From a virus, in UHGV virus genome UHGV-0224345: a stretch of DNA of 16,502 nt. The stretch is one strand, 5' to 3'. This document shows positions 1 through 11,994 of this stretch, piece after piece. The position numbers and the translations under genes were made by a program. Below the pieces are notes generated by a model. The model saw only the letters and a program-made list of their open reading frames with translations. It searched no databases and was not told the origin of the DNA. How positions within the stretch are numbered: the stretch's first letter is position 1; every line of letters starts with the position of its first letter.

Positions 1-498
1 TACCTTAATCGCAGTGACCGGCGTAATTTTGCTGCGTTCTTCCGCTACAGAAGGTTTACCCACGTTAGTGACTTTCACCGTGCGGGTGATCACTTCTTTC
101 GCCGTCACGGCCTTACCGATACTGCTGACCCAGCCACGAAACACATCCACCGTGCCATTCGGAAAACGGATTTTATAGGCCCGGACATCGCCGCTTTCAA
201 ACCAGCCTATAAGCCCTTTCTGACCTTCCTCTCCCGGTTTCCAGGCCAGCGTAAAACTGGTATCACCTGCAGATTTCTGCCCCTGACCGGTCGCGGTCCA
301 GTCCGCGTCTTCATCATCCAGGTAGTTATCATCGTAGGGTTCAGCCGTCATCTCGCCCGGCGTCAGATCCTTCACCTTAGCCAGTCGCTGCCAGTCATCG
401 TCTGACAACGGGTTTGCATAAGCATCAGCCTTGCCGTTGTAAACCCACAGAGTGGTACCGGCACCTTTTACCGGCTCCAGGGGATTTGGTGTTGCCAT
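1..498 (-). CDS. V: Major tail protein V, N-terminal part; gene runs off the window start
   Basis: Reverse-complement from ATG at 498 translates [20 protein letters not shown]...[38 protein letters not shown], matching lambda gpV as I recall it. No stop before position 1, so it is absent from the ORF track. Confidence 0.9.
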   Translation of the reverse strand, partial: MATPNPLEPVKGAGTTLWVYNGKADAYANPLSDDDWQRLAKVKDLTPGEMTAEPYDDNYLDDEDADWTATGQGQKSAGDTSFTLAWKPGEEGQKGLIGWFESGDVRAYKIRFPNGTVDVFRGWVSSIGKAVTAKEVITRTVKVTNVGKPSVAEERSKITPVTAIKV

Positions 499-505
499 AT
501 CGTCC

Positions 506-901
506 TCACATCTCGTATGTAATGGAATAAGTCAGATCCGCAGAGCTCCATAACGCCATATCGTCATCACGACGATACTCATAGCCCTGCGTAACCATCG
601 TGGTAATCAGTCCTGCCAGTGCCGGGATCGCAGTCATCGCCGGGTAAATCCGGCTTTCCATCCACTGATCAAGCTCTGAATCCGGTACCTGTGCCGGTAA
701 AAACACCTCAATATGCAGCGTGGCCCGCCAGGTATCTGCATCCAGCTCTTCACCGGTATACTCTGCATCCGTCAGATAAACCGCGATCGCAGGAAAATCC
801 TCTTCGTCAAAAACAACGGGGCGACCATCAAACAGCGTCGCCCCGTGTTCATGCTGCTCGAGTGCATCCAGCACTGCGGCACGAATGTCAGTGTGTTTCA
901 T
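506..901 (-). CDS. U: Tail terminator protein U
   Basis: 131 aa, [17 protein letters not shown]...[13 protein letters not shown]; same length and near-identical to lambda gpU. ATGA start/stop overlap with Z. Confidence 0.95.
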   Translation of the reverse strand: MKHTDIRAAVLDALEQHEHGATLFDGRPVVFDEEDFPAIAVYLTDAEYTGEELDADTWRATLHIEVFLPAQVPDSELDQWMESRIYPAMTAIPALAGLITTMVTQGYEYRRDDDMALWSSADLTYSITYEM

Positions 902-1473
902 CGTTTTATTGCAATCCTCAGTTGTTGTTTCAGCGCGTATGCCAGTTCTTTAGGCAGGCGTTCACGCCGGATACGGTCAACATTCTCATCAAATGCCTGT
1001 TTCAGTGGGGCCGCCATCGGGATTTTCACCACCTGAATGGGAAGGCGATTACGCTTTTTTCTTCCCTTGTCGTCATTGCCCTCCTCATATCTGGCCTGGG
1101 GAAGACGTTGCATAACATGCCAGCGCCCATTATTTAATCGCTGGATAAATGCCCGCTGATAACGATGCTGACCGGCTTTGAGTATGCTGTTCGGACGACG
1201 TCCCAGCATTCTGATCCCCAGCTTAATCACAGGGAGATCACCGCGGTTAACGATAATTCTGGCATTCGGATTTCTGACCGTCGCCCGTTTCAGTCTGGAC
1301 CGTTCCTTTACCAGTTTCCGTCTCACCCTGGTTTCCCGGGCAACCTGTGACGAAGACTGATTAATCGCCGTTGTGGCCACGCGGTTAATCGTCATTGCTG
1401 AAGCCGCCGGAATGGCGTTTTTACGAACCCGGCTCAGATTATCAATCGCCTGATCAAGCCCTTTTATCGCCAT
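898..1473 (-). CDS. Z: Tail completion protein Z
   Basis: 191 aa; N-terminus MAIKGL and C-terminus RRERLPKELAYALKQQLR resemble lambda gpZ, middle more diverged. Position between U and FII as in lambda. Confidence 0.9.
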   Translation of the reverse strand: MAIKGLDQAIDNLSRVRKNAIPAASAMTINRVATTAINQSSSQVARETRVRRKLVKERSRLKRATVRNPNARIIVNRGDLPVIKLGIRMLGRRPNSILKAGQHRYQRAFIQRLNNGRWHVMQRLPQARYEEGNDDKGRKKRNRLPIQVVKIPMAAPLKQAFDENVDRIRRERLPKELAYALKQQLRIAIKR

Positions 1474-1488
1474 AATTTCACCCTGCGT

Positions 1489-1842
1489 TTATCGTCGCCG
1501 GTTAACAGCGGGTGGTTGCCCACGGTTGAGCCAGAGATGACAGCTTCCACCATCATCCGGCGAAACCCGGTCTATCCAGAAGTTTTCCTCACCGATGGTC
1601 AGCGTGTCTCCACGCCGCAGTTGCCGCACATCATCAGTCCGGACAAACAGGGACGGGCTGGAGCCTTCAACGCGCACGCCCTGTCCGGCATAGCTGATAT
1701 TTTCAGGGTCATCAAAAACACCACGTATTACTGCGCCGGACTGCTCACCGGATGTCATGGTGGCTGACGTTCCCATGTACCCGCGTATCGTTTCATCGGC
1801 GCGGGCAATGGCAGCATCGAACAGGTTATCGAAATCAGCCAC
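1489..1842 (-). CDS. FII: Head-tail joining protein FII
   Basis: 117 aa, MADFDNLFDAAIARADETIRGYMG... near-identical to lambda gpFII. GTG start preceded by GGAGG. Confidence 0.93.
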   Translation of the reverse strand: MADFDNLFDAAIARADETIRGYMGTSATMTSGEQSGAVIRGVFDDPENISYAGQGVRVEGSSPSLFVRTDDVRQLRRGDTLTIGEENFWIDRVSPDDGGSCHLWLNRGQPPAVNRRR

Positions 1843-1853
1843 AGCGCCTCCCG

Positions 1854-2240
1854 TTATTGCATTCTGGCCAGGCCGCGTTCTGTCATTTCGGCTGCCACAC
1901 CGGCAGAGACACGGAACGCCGTTCCCGGCAGCACAAATGCCACAGTGTCATCCCGCGTGGCGTGAAGTGCATCAGTATGCAGCGTCACCAGTGCCACAAC
2001 CGTGACCAGATCAGCCGTATCAGTCACGGTATCCGGCTGCGCTGATACAACCTCATTTTCATGTCCGGTCAGCGCATTTTCCGGGCTGATAGGGGTATCC
2101 TGATCGGCAGTGTCATCAAGCTCCTCTTCCAGCTCTGCCACACGGAGCGCCAGTTCTTCTTTCGTTCCCGTCAGGCTGACATCACGGTTCAGTTGCTCAC
2201 CCAGCTCCTGAAGACGGGCAATCAGTTCATCTTTCGTCAT
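1854..2240 (-). CDS. FI: DNA packaging accessory protein FI
   Basis: Start chosen at MTKDELIARLQELGEQLNRDVSLTGTKEELALRVAELEEELDD (ATG 2240, GGAGGAG upstream); C-terminus AFVLPGTAFRVSAGVAAEMTERGLARMQ matches lambda gpFI. The track ORF extends 13 codons further upstream from a GTG. Confidence 0.9.
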   Translation of the reverse strand: MTKDELIARLQELGEQLNRDVSLTGTKEELALRVAELEEELDDTADQDTPISPENALTGHENEVVSAQPDTVTDTADLVTVVALVTLHTDALHATRDDTVAFVLPGTAFRVSAGVAAEMTERGLARMQ

Positions 2241-2263
2241 GAACTCCTCCACAGAGAGAAAAT

Positions 2264-2277
2264 GGCCCCGAAGGGCC
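2264..2277 (-). terminator. GC hairpin with UUCG loop plus pyrimidine/U-rich tail in the E-FI intergenic region
   Basis: Minus-strand RNA reads GGCCC-UUCG-GGGCC followed by AUUUUCUCUCU, immediately 3' of the E stop (2282-2284). Confidence 0.4.
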
Positions 2278-2281
2278 ACGA

Positions 2282-3307
2282 TTACGCCAGTTGTACGGAA
2301 ACGAACTCATCAGGGTCAGCCAGCAGCATCAGCGGTGCTGACTGAATCATGGTGAACTCACGCGCCGGATCGCCGGTGGTCACCCAGTTTTTCGGGTAAC
2401 GGGCAGAGGCGTTAATGCCTTCGCGCTGTGCATCCGCATCCTGAATGCAGCCATAGGTGCGCAGACCGCGTGCATGAGTGTTACCCAGCACCATCGTGTT
2501 GTCCGGCAGGAAGTTCTTTTTGACGCCGTTTTCCACGTACTGTCCGGAATACACGACGATGGCCACATCGCCATACATTCCCTTATAAGACACCGCTTTG
2601 CCCAGGTCTTTTACCGCTGTCTCCAGTTCGGAATGAGAGCCGCGACGGGTATCCAGCTTCTCCCTGACGGCTTTGAAGGAACGGAACAGCGCCCAGCCTT
2701 TCGGGTCAAACACAATGATATTCACCACGCCGCTGGCGTTCAGCGCGTAGGCTTCGATATCGTCGGTCGGGTCATACGTGGACTTGTCACGCTTGCTCCA
2801 CTCCGTGCCGCCGGACTGTGTGATGTTGTTCGCCGCACTGCGGCCCATATCCACCTCAACCGGATCAAAGGCTTCACCGGTCATGGTGTATTTGCCCTTA
2901 AGCACGGCAGAAACTGCCTGCATCTCTTCGACCTGGGCAATGGCCAGCTCTTCGTCACGCATGTTCTGCATGATGATGCGACGGCGGCGGTAAGCCGGGT
3001 CCGCCAGATTCTGCGGATCTTCATCCGGCAGGCGACGCAGGGTCATCTGCGGATTCACCTCATGCTTCGGCTTGACATATCCCGGCGTAAATTCAGAGGT
3101 GGAGCCGCCACGGGAACGGATAACCTCACCGGAAACAATCGGCGAAACGTACAGCGCCATGTTTACCAGTCCCGGAATTTGTGAGAGATAGACTTTCTCC
3201 GTGGTGAAGGGATAGCTCTCACGGAAAAAGAGACGCAGAAACAGCGGATCAAACTTAAATTTCTGCTCATTTGCCGCCAGCAGCTGGGCGGTTGTGTACA
3301 TCGACAT
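2282..3307 (-). CDS. E: Major capsid protein E
   Basis: 341 aa, MSMYTTAQLLAANEQKFKFDPLFLRLFFRESYPFTTEKVYLSQIPGLVNMALYVSP...; same length and near-identical to lambda gpE. Confidence 0.97.
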   Translation of the reverse strand: MSMYTTAQLLAANEQKFKFDPLFLRLFFRESYPFTTEKVYLSQIPGLVNMALYVSPIVSGEVIRSRGGSTSEFTPGYVKPKHEVNPQMTLRRLPDEDPQNLADPAYRRRRIIMQNMRDEELAIAQVEEMQAVSAVLKGKYTMTGEAFDPVEVDMGRSAANNITQSGGTEWSKRDKSTYDPTDDIEAYALNASGVVNIIVFDPKGWALFRSFKAVREKLDTRRGSHSELETAVKDLGKAVSYKGMYGDVAIVVYSGQYVENGVKKNFLPDNTMVLGNTHARGLRTYGCIQDADAQREGINASARYPKNWVTTGDPAREFTMIQSAPLMLLADPDEFVSVQLA

Positions 3308-3324
3308 AAAAAAATCCCGTAAAA

Positions 3325-3346
3325 AAAAGCCGCACAGGCGGCCTTT
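3325..3346 (-). terminator. Stem-loop plus U-tract in the D-E intergenic region (minus-strand RNA)
   Basis: Minus-strand RNA AAAGGCCGC-CUGU-GCGGCUUUU, then UUUUACGGGAUUUUUUU running into the E ATG. The 56-nt D-E gap matches lambda spacing. Confidence 0.45.
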
Positions 3347-3363
3347 AGTGATGAAGGGTAAGG

Positions 3364-3696
3364 TTAAACGATGCTGATTGCCGTTCCGGCAAACGCGGTC
3401 CGTTTTTTCGTCTCGTCGCTGGCAGCCTCCGGCCAGAGTACATCCTCATAACGGAACGTGCCGGACTTGTAGAACGTCAGCGTGGTGCTGGTCTGGTCAG
3501 CAGCAACCGCAAGAATGCCAACGGCAGCACCGTCGGTGGTGCCATCCCACGCAACCAGCTTACGGGTGGAGGTGTCCAGCATCAGCGGGGTCATTGCAGG
3601 CGCTTTCGCACTCAATCCGCCGGGCGCAGTTGCGGTATGAGCCGGGTCACTGTTGCCCAGCGGCTGGTAATGGGTAAAGGTTTCTTTGCTCGTCAT
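3364..3696 (-). CDS. D: Head decoration protein D
   Basis: 110 aa from the second ATG ([27 protein letters not shown]...[11 protein letters not shown]), matching lambda gpD. AAGGGA sits 5 nt upstream of this ATG. Confidence 0.95.
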   Translation of the reverse strand: MTSKETFTHYQPLGNSDPAHTATAPGGLSAKAPAMTPLMLDTSTRKLVAWDGTTDGAAVGILAVAADQTSTTLTFYKSGTFRYEDVLWPEAASDETKKRTAFAGTAISIV

Positions 3697-3705
3697 AAAC
3701 ATCCC

Positions 3706-4311
3706 TTACACTGGTGTGTTCAGCAAATCGTTAACGGCATCAGATGCCGGGTTACCTGCAGCCAGCGGTGCCGGTGCCCCCTGCATCAGACGATCCAGCG
3801 CAGTGTCACTGCGCGCCTGTGCACTCTGTGGTGCAGCTGCCAGAATGCGGCGGGCCGTTTCCACGGTCATACCGGGGGTTTCTGCCAGCACGCGTGCCTG
3901 TTCTTCGCGTCCGTGAGCCTCCTCACAGTTGAGGATCCCCATAATGCGGCTGTTTTCTGCCGCAACCGCTGCGGTGATCTGCGCGTTCACGTCCGGCTGC
4001 GCCGCGCTGGCGTTCTCGCCCTCCGTCGCTGGCACCACGTCAGTAACGTCAGCCTGCGAAGCAGTGGCTGAAACAGTTGTTGATTGAGTCTCTTTGGTCA
4101 TTCGCCCTCCTGAGAGACGGGATTTACGTGCATCCAGTGCATCACGCATAACGGTGATCGCATCGGTACTGTTAACAAGTTCATCAGCCAGTCCGGCATC
4201 AATGGCCTCCTGACCGCTGTACACTGCAGCCTCGGTATCCAGCACAGCCTGCACGGACAGGCCGGTATATGCCGACACCTTCTGCGCAAACATCTGGCGG
4301 GTTGCGTCCAT
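3706..4311 (-). CDS. Nu3: Scaffolding protein Nu3, in-frame internal start within C
   Basis: ATG at 4311 (MDATRQMFAQKVSAYTGLSV...) lies 714 nt downstream of the C start and shares the C stop, the same geometry as lambda Nu3. Confidence 0.8.
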   Translation of the reverse strand: MDATRQMFAQKVSAYTGLSVQAVLDTEAAVYSGQEAIDAGLADELVNSTDAITVMRDALDARKSRLSGGRMTKETQSTTVSATASQADVTDVVPATEGENASAAQPDVNAQITAAVAAENSRIMGILNCEEAHGREEQARVLAETPGMTVETARRILAAAPQSAQARSDTALDRLMQGAPAPLAAGNPASDAVNDLLNTPV

Positions 4312-5005
4312 CCGGGACTGCAGTGTCTCCCGGACGTCATCCGGAAGATGGCTGTAGGGATTGCCATCCACCTTATGGCTGCCGCTGTAAATCAGCGTGA
4401 TTTCCACGCCCTGTTTCTCCAGCGCAGCACCGTAATTGCTGTGAGCCATCATGACGCCGATGGAGCCTGTCCGGGCGGTCTGCGTGACCAGACGCCGGGA
4501 GGCGGCGCTGGCAAGCAGCTGACCTGCACTGCAGTTCATGTCGTTGGCCAGCGCCCATACCGGTTTTATGTCTCGCACACGGGCGATGATGTCAGCACAG
4601 TCAAATGCTCCCGCCACCATTCCGCCTGGCGTGTCCATATCGAGCAGAATGCCGTCCACCATCGGATCGCTGGCAGCCTGTTGCAGACGGGCGATAATGC
4701 CGTTGTAACCGGTCATCCCCGAATACGGCTGTAGCGCCCGCGTCCGGCTGACCAGCGTGCCGGAAACCGGCAGCACGGCGATGCCGTTCATGACCTGATA
4801 ACTGCGGGCCTGTCGTGGTCCGTCATCATCACCGGATAATGCCAGCGCCGCGGGTGCCTCCTGGGCAGTCAGGCTGTCACCGGACACCGCATCCGTCAGG
4901 CGGCTGATCCCAAGCTGGCCTGCAAGCGCACAAAAGAAAACCCGCGCATAGGCGGGTTCAAGCATCAGCGGCTCATTAAAGGCCATACTGGCAATATGCG
5001 GGAGA

Positions 5006-5025
<20 letters not shown>
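3706..5025 (-). CDS. C: Head maturation protease / scaffold protein C
   Basis: Lambda gpC homolog of 439 aa beginning VTAELRNLPHIASMAFNEPLMLEPAYARVFF from GTG at 5025 (GGAGGAGAAGA upstream). The start overlaps the B stop by 20 nt as in lambda. The track's 477-aa ORF is an upstream in-frame extension. Confidence 0.93.
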
Positions 5026-8706
<3,681 letters not shown>

Positions 8707-8732
<26 letters not shown>

Positions 8733-9252
8733 TCAGCAACCCCGGTATCAGTTCATCCAGCGCGGCTGCTTTGTTCATGGCTTTGATGATATCCCGTTTC
8801 AGGAAATCAACATGTCGGTTTTCCAGTTCCGGAAAACGCCGCTGTACCGAGAGAGGGATCCCGTCAAGAATACTGGCAATTTCACCTGCGATCCGTGACA
8901 GCACGAAAGTACAGAATGCGGTTTCCACCACCTCTGCGGAGTCTCTGGCATTCTTCAGCTCCTGTGCGTCGGCCTGCGCACGCGTAAGTCGATGGCGTTC
9001 GTACTCAATAGTCCCAGGCTGGAGATCTGCCTCACTGGCAGCCCTGTAATCCTCAACCTCTTTACGGAGTTTTTCATTTTCGATATCAGCTTCCCTCTGC
9101 GCATACCACTGAATTGCCATGGCGGTATCAAATACAGATTCAACGCCCTTACCACCTCCGGAGACGCAAGGGAGTCCCTGAGACTGCCAGCGTTCAATCG
9201 TTCGCGGATCCACGTTGAAAATTTCGGCAAGTTTCTTTTTATTAACCTTCAT
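8707..9252 (-). CDS. nu1: Terminase small subunit Nu1 (N-terminal DNA-binding region diverged from lambda, remainder lambda-like)
   Basis: 181 aa. From about residue 70 ([60 protein letters not shown]...) it matches lambda Nu1 as I recall it. The N-terminal part ([41 protein letters not shown]...) is only partly conserved. Confidence 0.95.
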
Positions 9253-9277
9253 GAAACAGTCTCACAATAAATACAGG

Positions 9278-9393
9278 GGCCGACATGAAAGTGCCCGAAA
9301 ATGACTTTTTTAGGCGTTTTCATGTCGGACCTTTTACGGATTCGATATTAGAAAAAACAAATAGTTATGTTCGAGAAGTACCGACATGATTTT
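9278..9393. promoter_or_regulatory. cosB-like terminase binding region: three copies of CCGACATGA in the R1 / R2 (inverted) / R3 arrangement
   Basis: CCGACATGA at 9280-9288 and 9381-9389 (direct), TCATGTCGG at 9320-9328 (inverted), lying between cosN and the Nu1 start, where lambda has R3-I1-R2-R1. Confidence 0.6.
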
Positions 9394-9428
9394 CCCCGGA
9401 AAATTTTCATAAATAGCGAAAACCCGCG

Positions 9429-9440
9429 AGGTCGCCGCCC
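9429..9440 (-). other. cos: cosN cohesive-end site (12-nt GGGCGGCGACCT on minus strand); cosQ-like sequence about 9457-9470
   Basis: Reverse-complement of 9429-9440 is GGGCGGCGACCT, followed on the minus strand by CGCGGGTTTTCGCTATTTATGAAAATTTTCCGG. Plus strand 9441-9470 is the reverse-complement of a lambda right-end-like sequence (GGGTCCTTTCCGGCGATCCGACCGGTTACG). Confidence 0.9.
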
Positions 9441-9646
9441 CGTAACCGGTCGGATCGCCGGAAAGGACCCACGAAATGATAATGATTATCATCTATATAA
9501 GGTTTATCACAACATGTGTGTACGCCATCAAACCACGAGAAATAATCAATTATGACGCAGGTATCGTATTAATTGATCTGCGTCAAATTAACGTAAAAGC
9601 AACTTCAGATAATACAAATCAGCAACACTGAATATGGGGAAACATT

Positions 9647-9832
9647 ATGTCATCAAAGAACAGAACCCGCAGAACAACAACCCGCAACATCCGATTTCCA
9701 AACCAGATGATTGAACAAATTAACATCGCTCTTGATCTGAAAGGTTCAGGAAACTTTTCAGCGTGGGTTATTGAAGCCTGCAGAAGAAGGCTGTCAACAG
9801 AGAGTTCGGGTATGAATTACATAATTAAGTAA
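9647..9832 (+). CDS. Small ribbon-helix-helix (Arc/MetJ/CopG-like) putative DNA-binding protein
   Basis: 61 aa, MSSKNRTRRTTTRNIRFPNQMIEQINIALDLKGSGNFSAWVIEACRRRLSTESSGMNYIIK. Basic N-tail, then strand (NIRFP), helix (MIEQINIALDLKG), helix (NFSAWVIEACRRRL). GGGGAAA sits upstream of the ATG. Lies in an AT-rich island. Confidence 0.65.
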   Translation: MSSKNRTRRTTTRNIRFPNQMIEQINIALDLKGSGNFSAWVIEACRRRLSTESSGMNYIIK

Positions 9833-9964
9833 CATGGTGTTCACAGAACACGCAGTTACCGGACACATCAGTTTTCCATTCGCTCCCCGGCAGTACAGGC
9901 TTCCCCTCTGACGGGATAGCCTGAAAAAATAACACAGAAAATTATTTGTTATAATTAATATAAC

Positions 9965-10105
9965 TTACTCAAAAAAAAGCGACGAGAAAATCAGCATCAA
10001 CGAACAATAAGCGCCAATACGTGATAACAAATGGCAGCCATATTTATCTGCAGTATAAGCAATGGACAGGATAACCACACCAGAAACCGTCAGCATAAAA
10101 TCCAT
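9965..10105 (-). CDS. Candidate 46-aa hydrophobic peptide (not in ORF track; hand-translated)
   Basis: Minus-strand ATG at 10105 to TAA at 9965-9967 gives MDFMLTVSGVVILSIAYTADKYGCHLLSRIGAYCSLMLIFSSLFFE. GGGGAAG lies 6 nt upstream. AT-rich context, convergent with the RHH ORF. Confidence 0.25.
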   Translation of the reverse strand: MDFMLTVSGVVILSIAYTADKYGCHLLSRIGAYCSLMLIFSSLFFE

Positions 10106-10455
10106 TTGAACTTCCCCGGACAAAATCGACTCATCTAAAGATTTACAGCTCTTTTTATTATCAATATGTTAAAAGTAAAATAAACAGATGTTCAATAACA
10201 CGAATACAAAAACGTGCTGAAATTCAATGAATCCATTTCTGTGTCATCAATTAATAGTGATAAACATCCGGCTTCTTCCACCATCGCACCGGACAGGCGA
10301 CTATGAGGGGACAACGCCGCGCTCCGTTAACGCGGTAAACCCCGGTGTGTATCGTTTTTGATTATCCCCGCACACTCGCGCAGAGGAGTCTCCCTGTCGG
10401 GCTGCGGTCTCTGTTAATGAGGGAATACAGCGACGATACGGCGCATCAACAAAAC

Positions 10456-10929
10456 TTATTTCAGGCACTGAGTGCGGATATAGTCCTGTGCCCCTTCCAG
10501 TTGCTTGTGCATCGTCATCAGCCGCTCTCTGAGGGTGAAATAATCCCGTGTAACGGTGTCTGCCAGTTGGGGGCCGGTTGCATTATCCACGCCGGAGGTG
10601 GTGGGGGCTTCACGCACGGAGCCTGGACAGGTGGCGTTGATCCGCAGGCGCTTACGACCAGCGGCAACGTCAGCGCGAAGAGTTTCATTTTCAGCTCTCG
10701 CATCGGCTAATTCCCTCGAGTATTTTGCATCGAGCGCAGCAACATCGCGCTGGCGCACCTGCATATCAGTAATGGTTGCGTTCGCCAGCTTCAGTTCACT
10801 GGCTTTGTTATCGCGCTGCGCTTTGTAGGTAATCGCGTTATCACGGTAATGGTCTGTTGCCATCCACAGCGCACCACAGGCCACCAGCAGAATAACGATA
10901 AACGCGGAAAGCATTCGGTTTATGTTCAC
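10456..10929 (-). CDS. Rz: Spanin inner-membrane subunit Rz (i-spanin)
   Basis: 157 aa; [69 protein letters not shown]...[22 protein letters not shown] strongly resembles lambda Rz. GTG start overlaps the upstream ORF stop (GTGA); an alternative ATG is at 10914. Confidence 0.9.
   Translation of the reverse strand: MNINRMLSAFIVILLVACGALWMATDHYRDNAITYKAQRDNKASELKLANATITDMQVRQRDVAALDAKYSRELADARAENETLRADVAAGRKRLRINATCPGSVREAPTTSGVDNATGPQLADTVTRDYFTLRERLMTMHKQLEGAQDYIRTQCLK
10518..10703 (-). CDS. Rz1: Spanin outer-membrane lipoprotein Rz1 (o-spanin), embedded in the +1 frame of Rz
   Basis: 61 aa, [61 protein letters not shown]. Lipobox (VVSAC) and proline-rich [11 protein letters not shown] core as in lambda Rz1; nested entirely within Rz. 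Confidence 0.85.
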   Translation of the reverse strand: MRELKMKLFALTLPLVVSACGSTPPVQAPCVKPPPPPAWIMQPAPNWQTPLHGIISPSESG

Positions 10930-11057
10930 CCCAGCAACCCCGACGAAGACAACATCATCCAGGCCATGGAAAGAAAAAGAGCAACCAGCATTAGTGAAAA
11001 TGAAATGCCGACAATTACACAGAGGATCTTCGCCAGCGTTATGAGTTTGTCTGACAT
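10926..11057 (-). CDS. Small single-pass membrane protein (43 aa), translationally coupled to Rz
   Basis: [43 protein letters not shown] from ATG at 11057 with GGGAGG 7 nt upstream; stop TGA overlaps the Rz GTG. The track shows a 73-aa version extended upstream. Confidence 0.45.
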   Translation of the reverse strand: MSDKLITLAKILCVIVGISFSLMLVALFLSMAWMMLSSSGLLG

Positions 11058-11071
11058 GCTTAATCCTCCCT

Positions 11072-11254
11072 TCACGATTTCAACGCAATGACCAGTTTTG
11101 CCAGCCCATACAGCATCGGGGACACAGCAACACCGACCGCCACCCACTTAATGGCAAAAGCCAGTGCTCTGCTGATGTCATCAGTTACAGGCGCTTTCAG
11201 TTCAAGGCCATTTTTCATAGTCAACCTCAACAGAATTCGTTTATACTTCGCCAT
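11072..11254 (-). CDS. Small protein (60 aa) with C-terminal hydrophobic segment
   Basis: [60 protein letters not shown] from ATG at 11254 with AAGGGAGAA upstream; stop 14 nt before the next ORF's ATG. The track shows a 71-aa version from an upstream GTG. Confidence 0.45.
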   Translation of the reverse strand: MAKYKRILLRLTMKNGLELKAPVTDDISRALAFAIKWVAVGVAVSPMLYGLAKLVIALKS

Positions 11255-11410
11255 GTTCTCCCTTGCCTTACTCAAGGTCAGAAACACAAAACCTCGCTTG
11301 GTGCCAACAAACGGGGTTTTTACTTTTATTCACTTACGTTTCGCCAGTTCGCAGGATTTCGTGTTATCCGCCCGCGTGGCCATTCCTCATTTTTCAGCAA
11401 AATATTCTGC

Positions 11411-11944
11411 TTATCTGTCGATTCCCCAGCACGCCAGCGCGCTCTCCTGGTCACGACGGGATACCTGACCATAACAGTTATTTGAGCGGATACGGCAGTC
11501 TCTGCCACCGTCCTTAATCCACCAGCGAATCGCCTCACACGCTCCCCTGCGATCACCTGCATTAATTCGTTTATAAAACGTCGACGGGAAACACTTACCG
11601 GGACCAATGTTGTACGGACAGAATGACGCGATCCCCGCTTTCTGGGGTTCACTCAATGGCACTCTGATGTTTTTCTCCACCCATGCCAGCGCCTTATCAC
11701 GCTCAATGGCGTTAACCCGGTCGCATTTTTCCTTCGACAACTTCATGCCCGGGACGACAGGTTTACTATCCACCAGGATGGCACCGCGGCAGATGGTCCA
11801 GATACCCGCGCCATCACGGTATGCCGTGGTGTGGTTACCTTCCTTTTCATCCAGAAACTGGTCGAGGATTTCAGGCGCAGGCGCACCTGCGGCAATCAGC
11901 GCCAGAACGGCAGCCGACAGGCCGTATTTGATTTTGGTGTTCAT
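11411..11944 (-). CDS. R: SAR (signal-anchor-release) endolysin, T4-lysozyme-like muramidase
   Basis: 177 aa, MNTKIKYGLSAAVLALIAAGAPAPEILDQFLDEKEGNHTTAYRDGAGIWTICRGA... Weakly hydrophobic Gly/Ala-rich N-terminal segment, then a lysozyme-like E...D...T catalytic motif; resembles phage 21 R21 / prophage RrrD-type lysozymes. Confidence 0.9.
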   Translation of the reverse strand: MNTKIKYGLSAAVLALIAAGAPAPEILDQFLDEKEGNHTTAYRDGAGIWTICRGAILVDSKPVVPGMKLSKEKCDRVNAIERDKALAWVEKNIRVPLSEPQKAGIASFCPYNIGPGKCFPSTFYKRINAGDRRGACEAIRWWIKDGGRDCRIRSNNCYGQVSRRDQESALACWGIDR

Positions 11945-11994
11945 GGATATTTATCAGGGTTTATCGATTTCAAATCCCTGGATATGTTAAGTCT

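Noticed and set aside
2474-3184. 236-aa plus-strand ORF
   Set aside because: Lies entirely antisense to the major capsid gene E, which is supported by strong homology. Arg/His/Val-rich composition typical of spurious antisense frames in GC-rich coding DNA.
9834-9911. 25-aa plus-strand ORF starting 2 nt after the RHH stop
   Set aside because: No ribosome-binding site and a very short, unremarkable peptide; most likely chance.
11288-11330. Possible second plus-strand terminator-like hairpin between the endolysin and the 60-aa ORF
   Set aside because: The stem includes A-U pairs and a G-U wobble with a 15-nt loop, so it is weak. Not confident enough to call.
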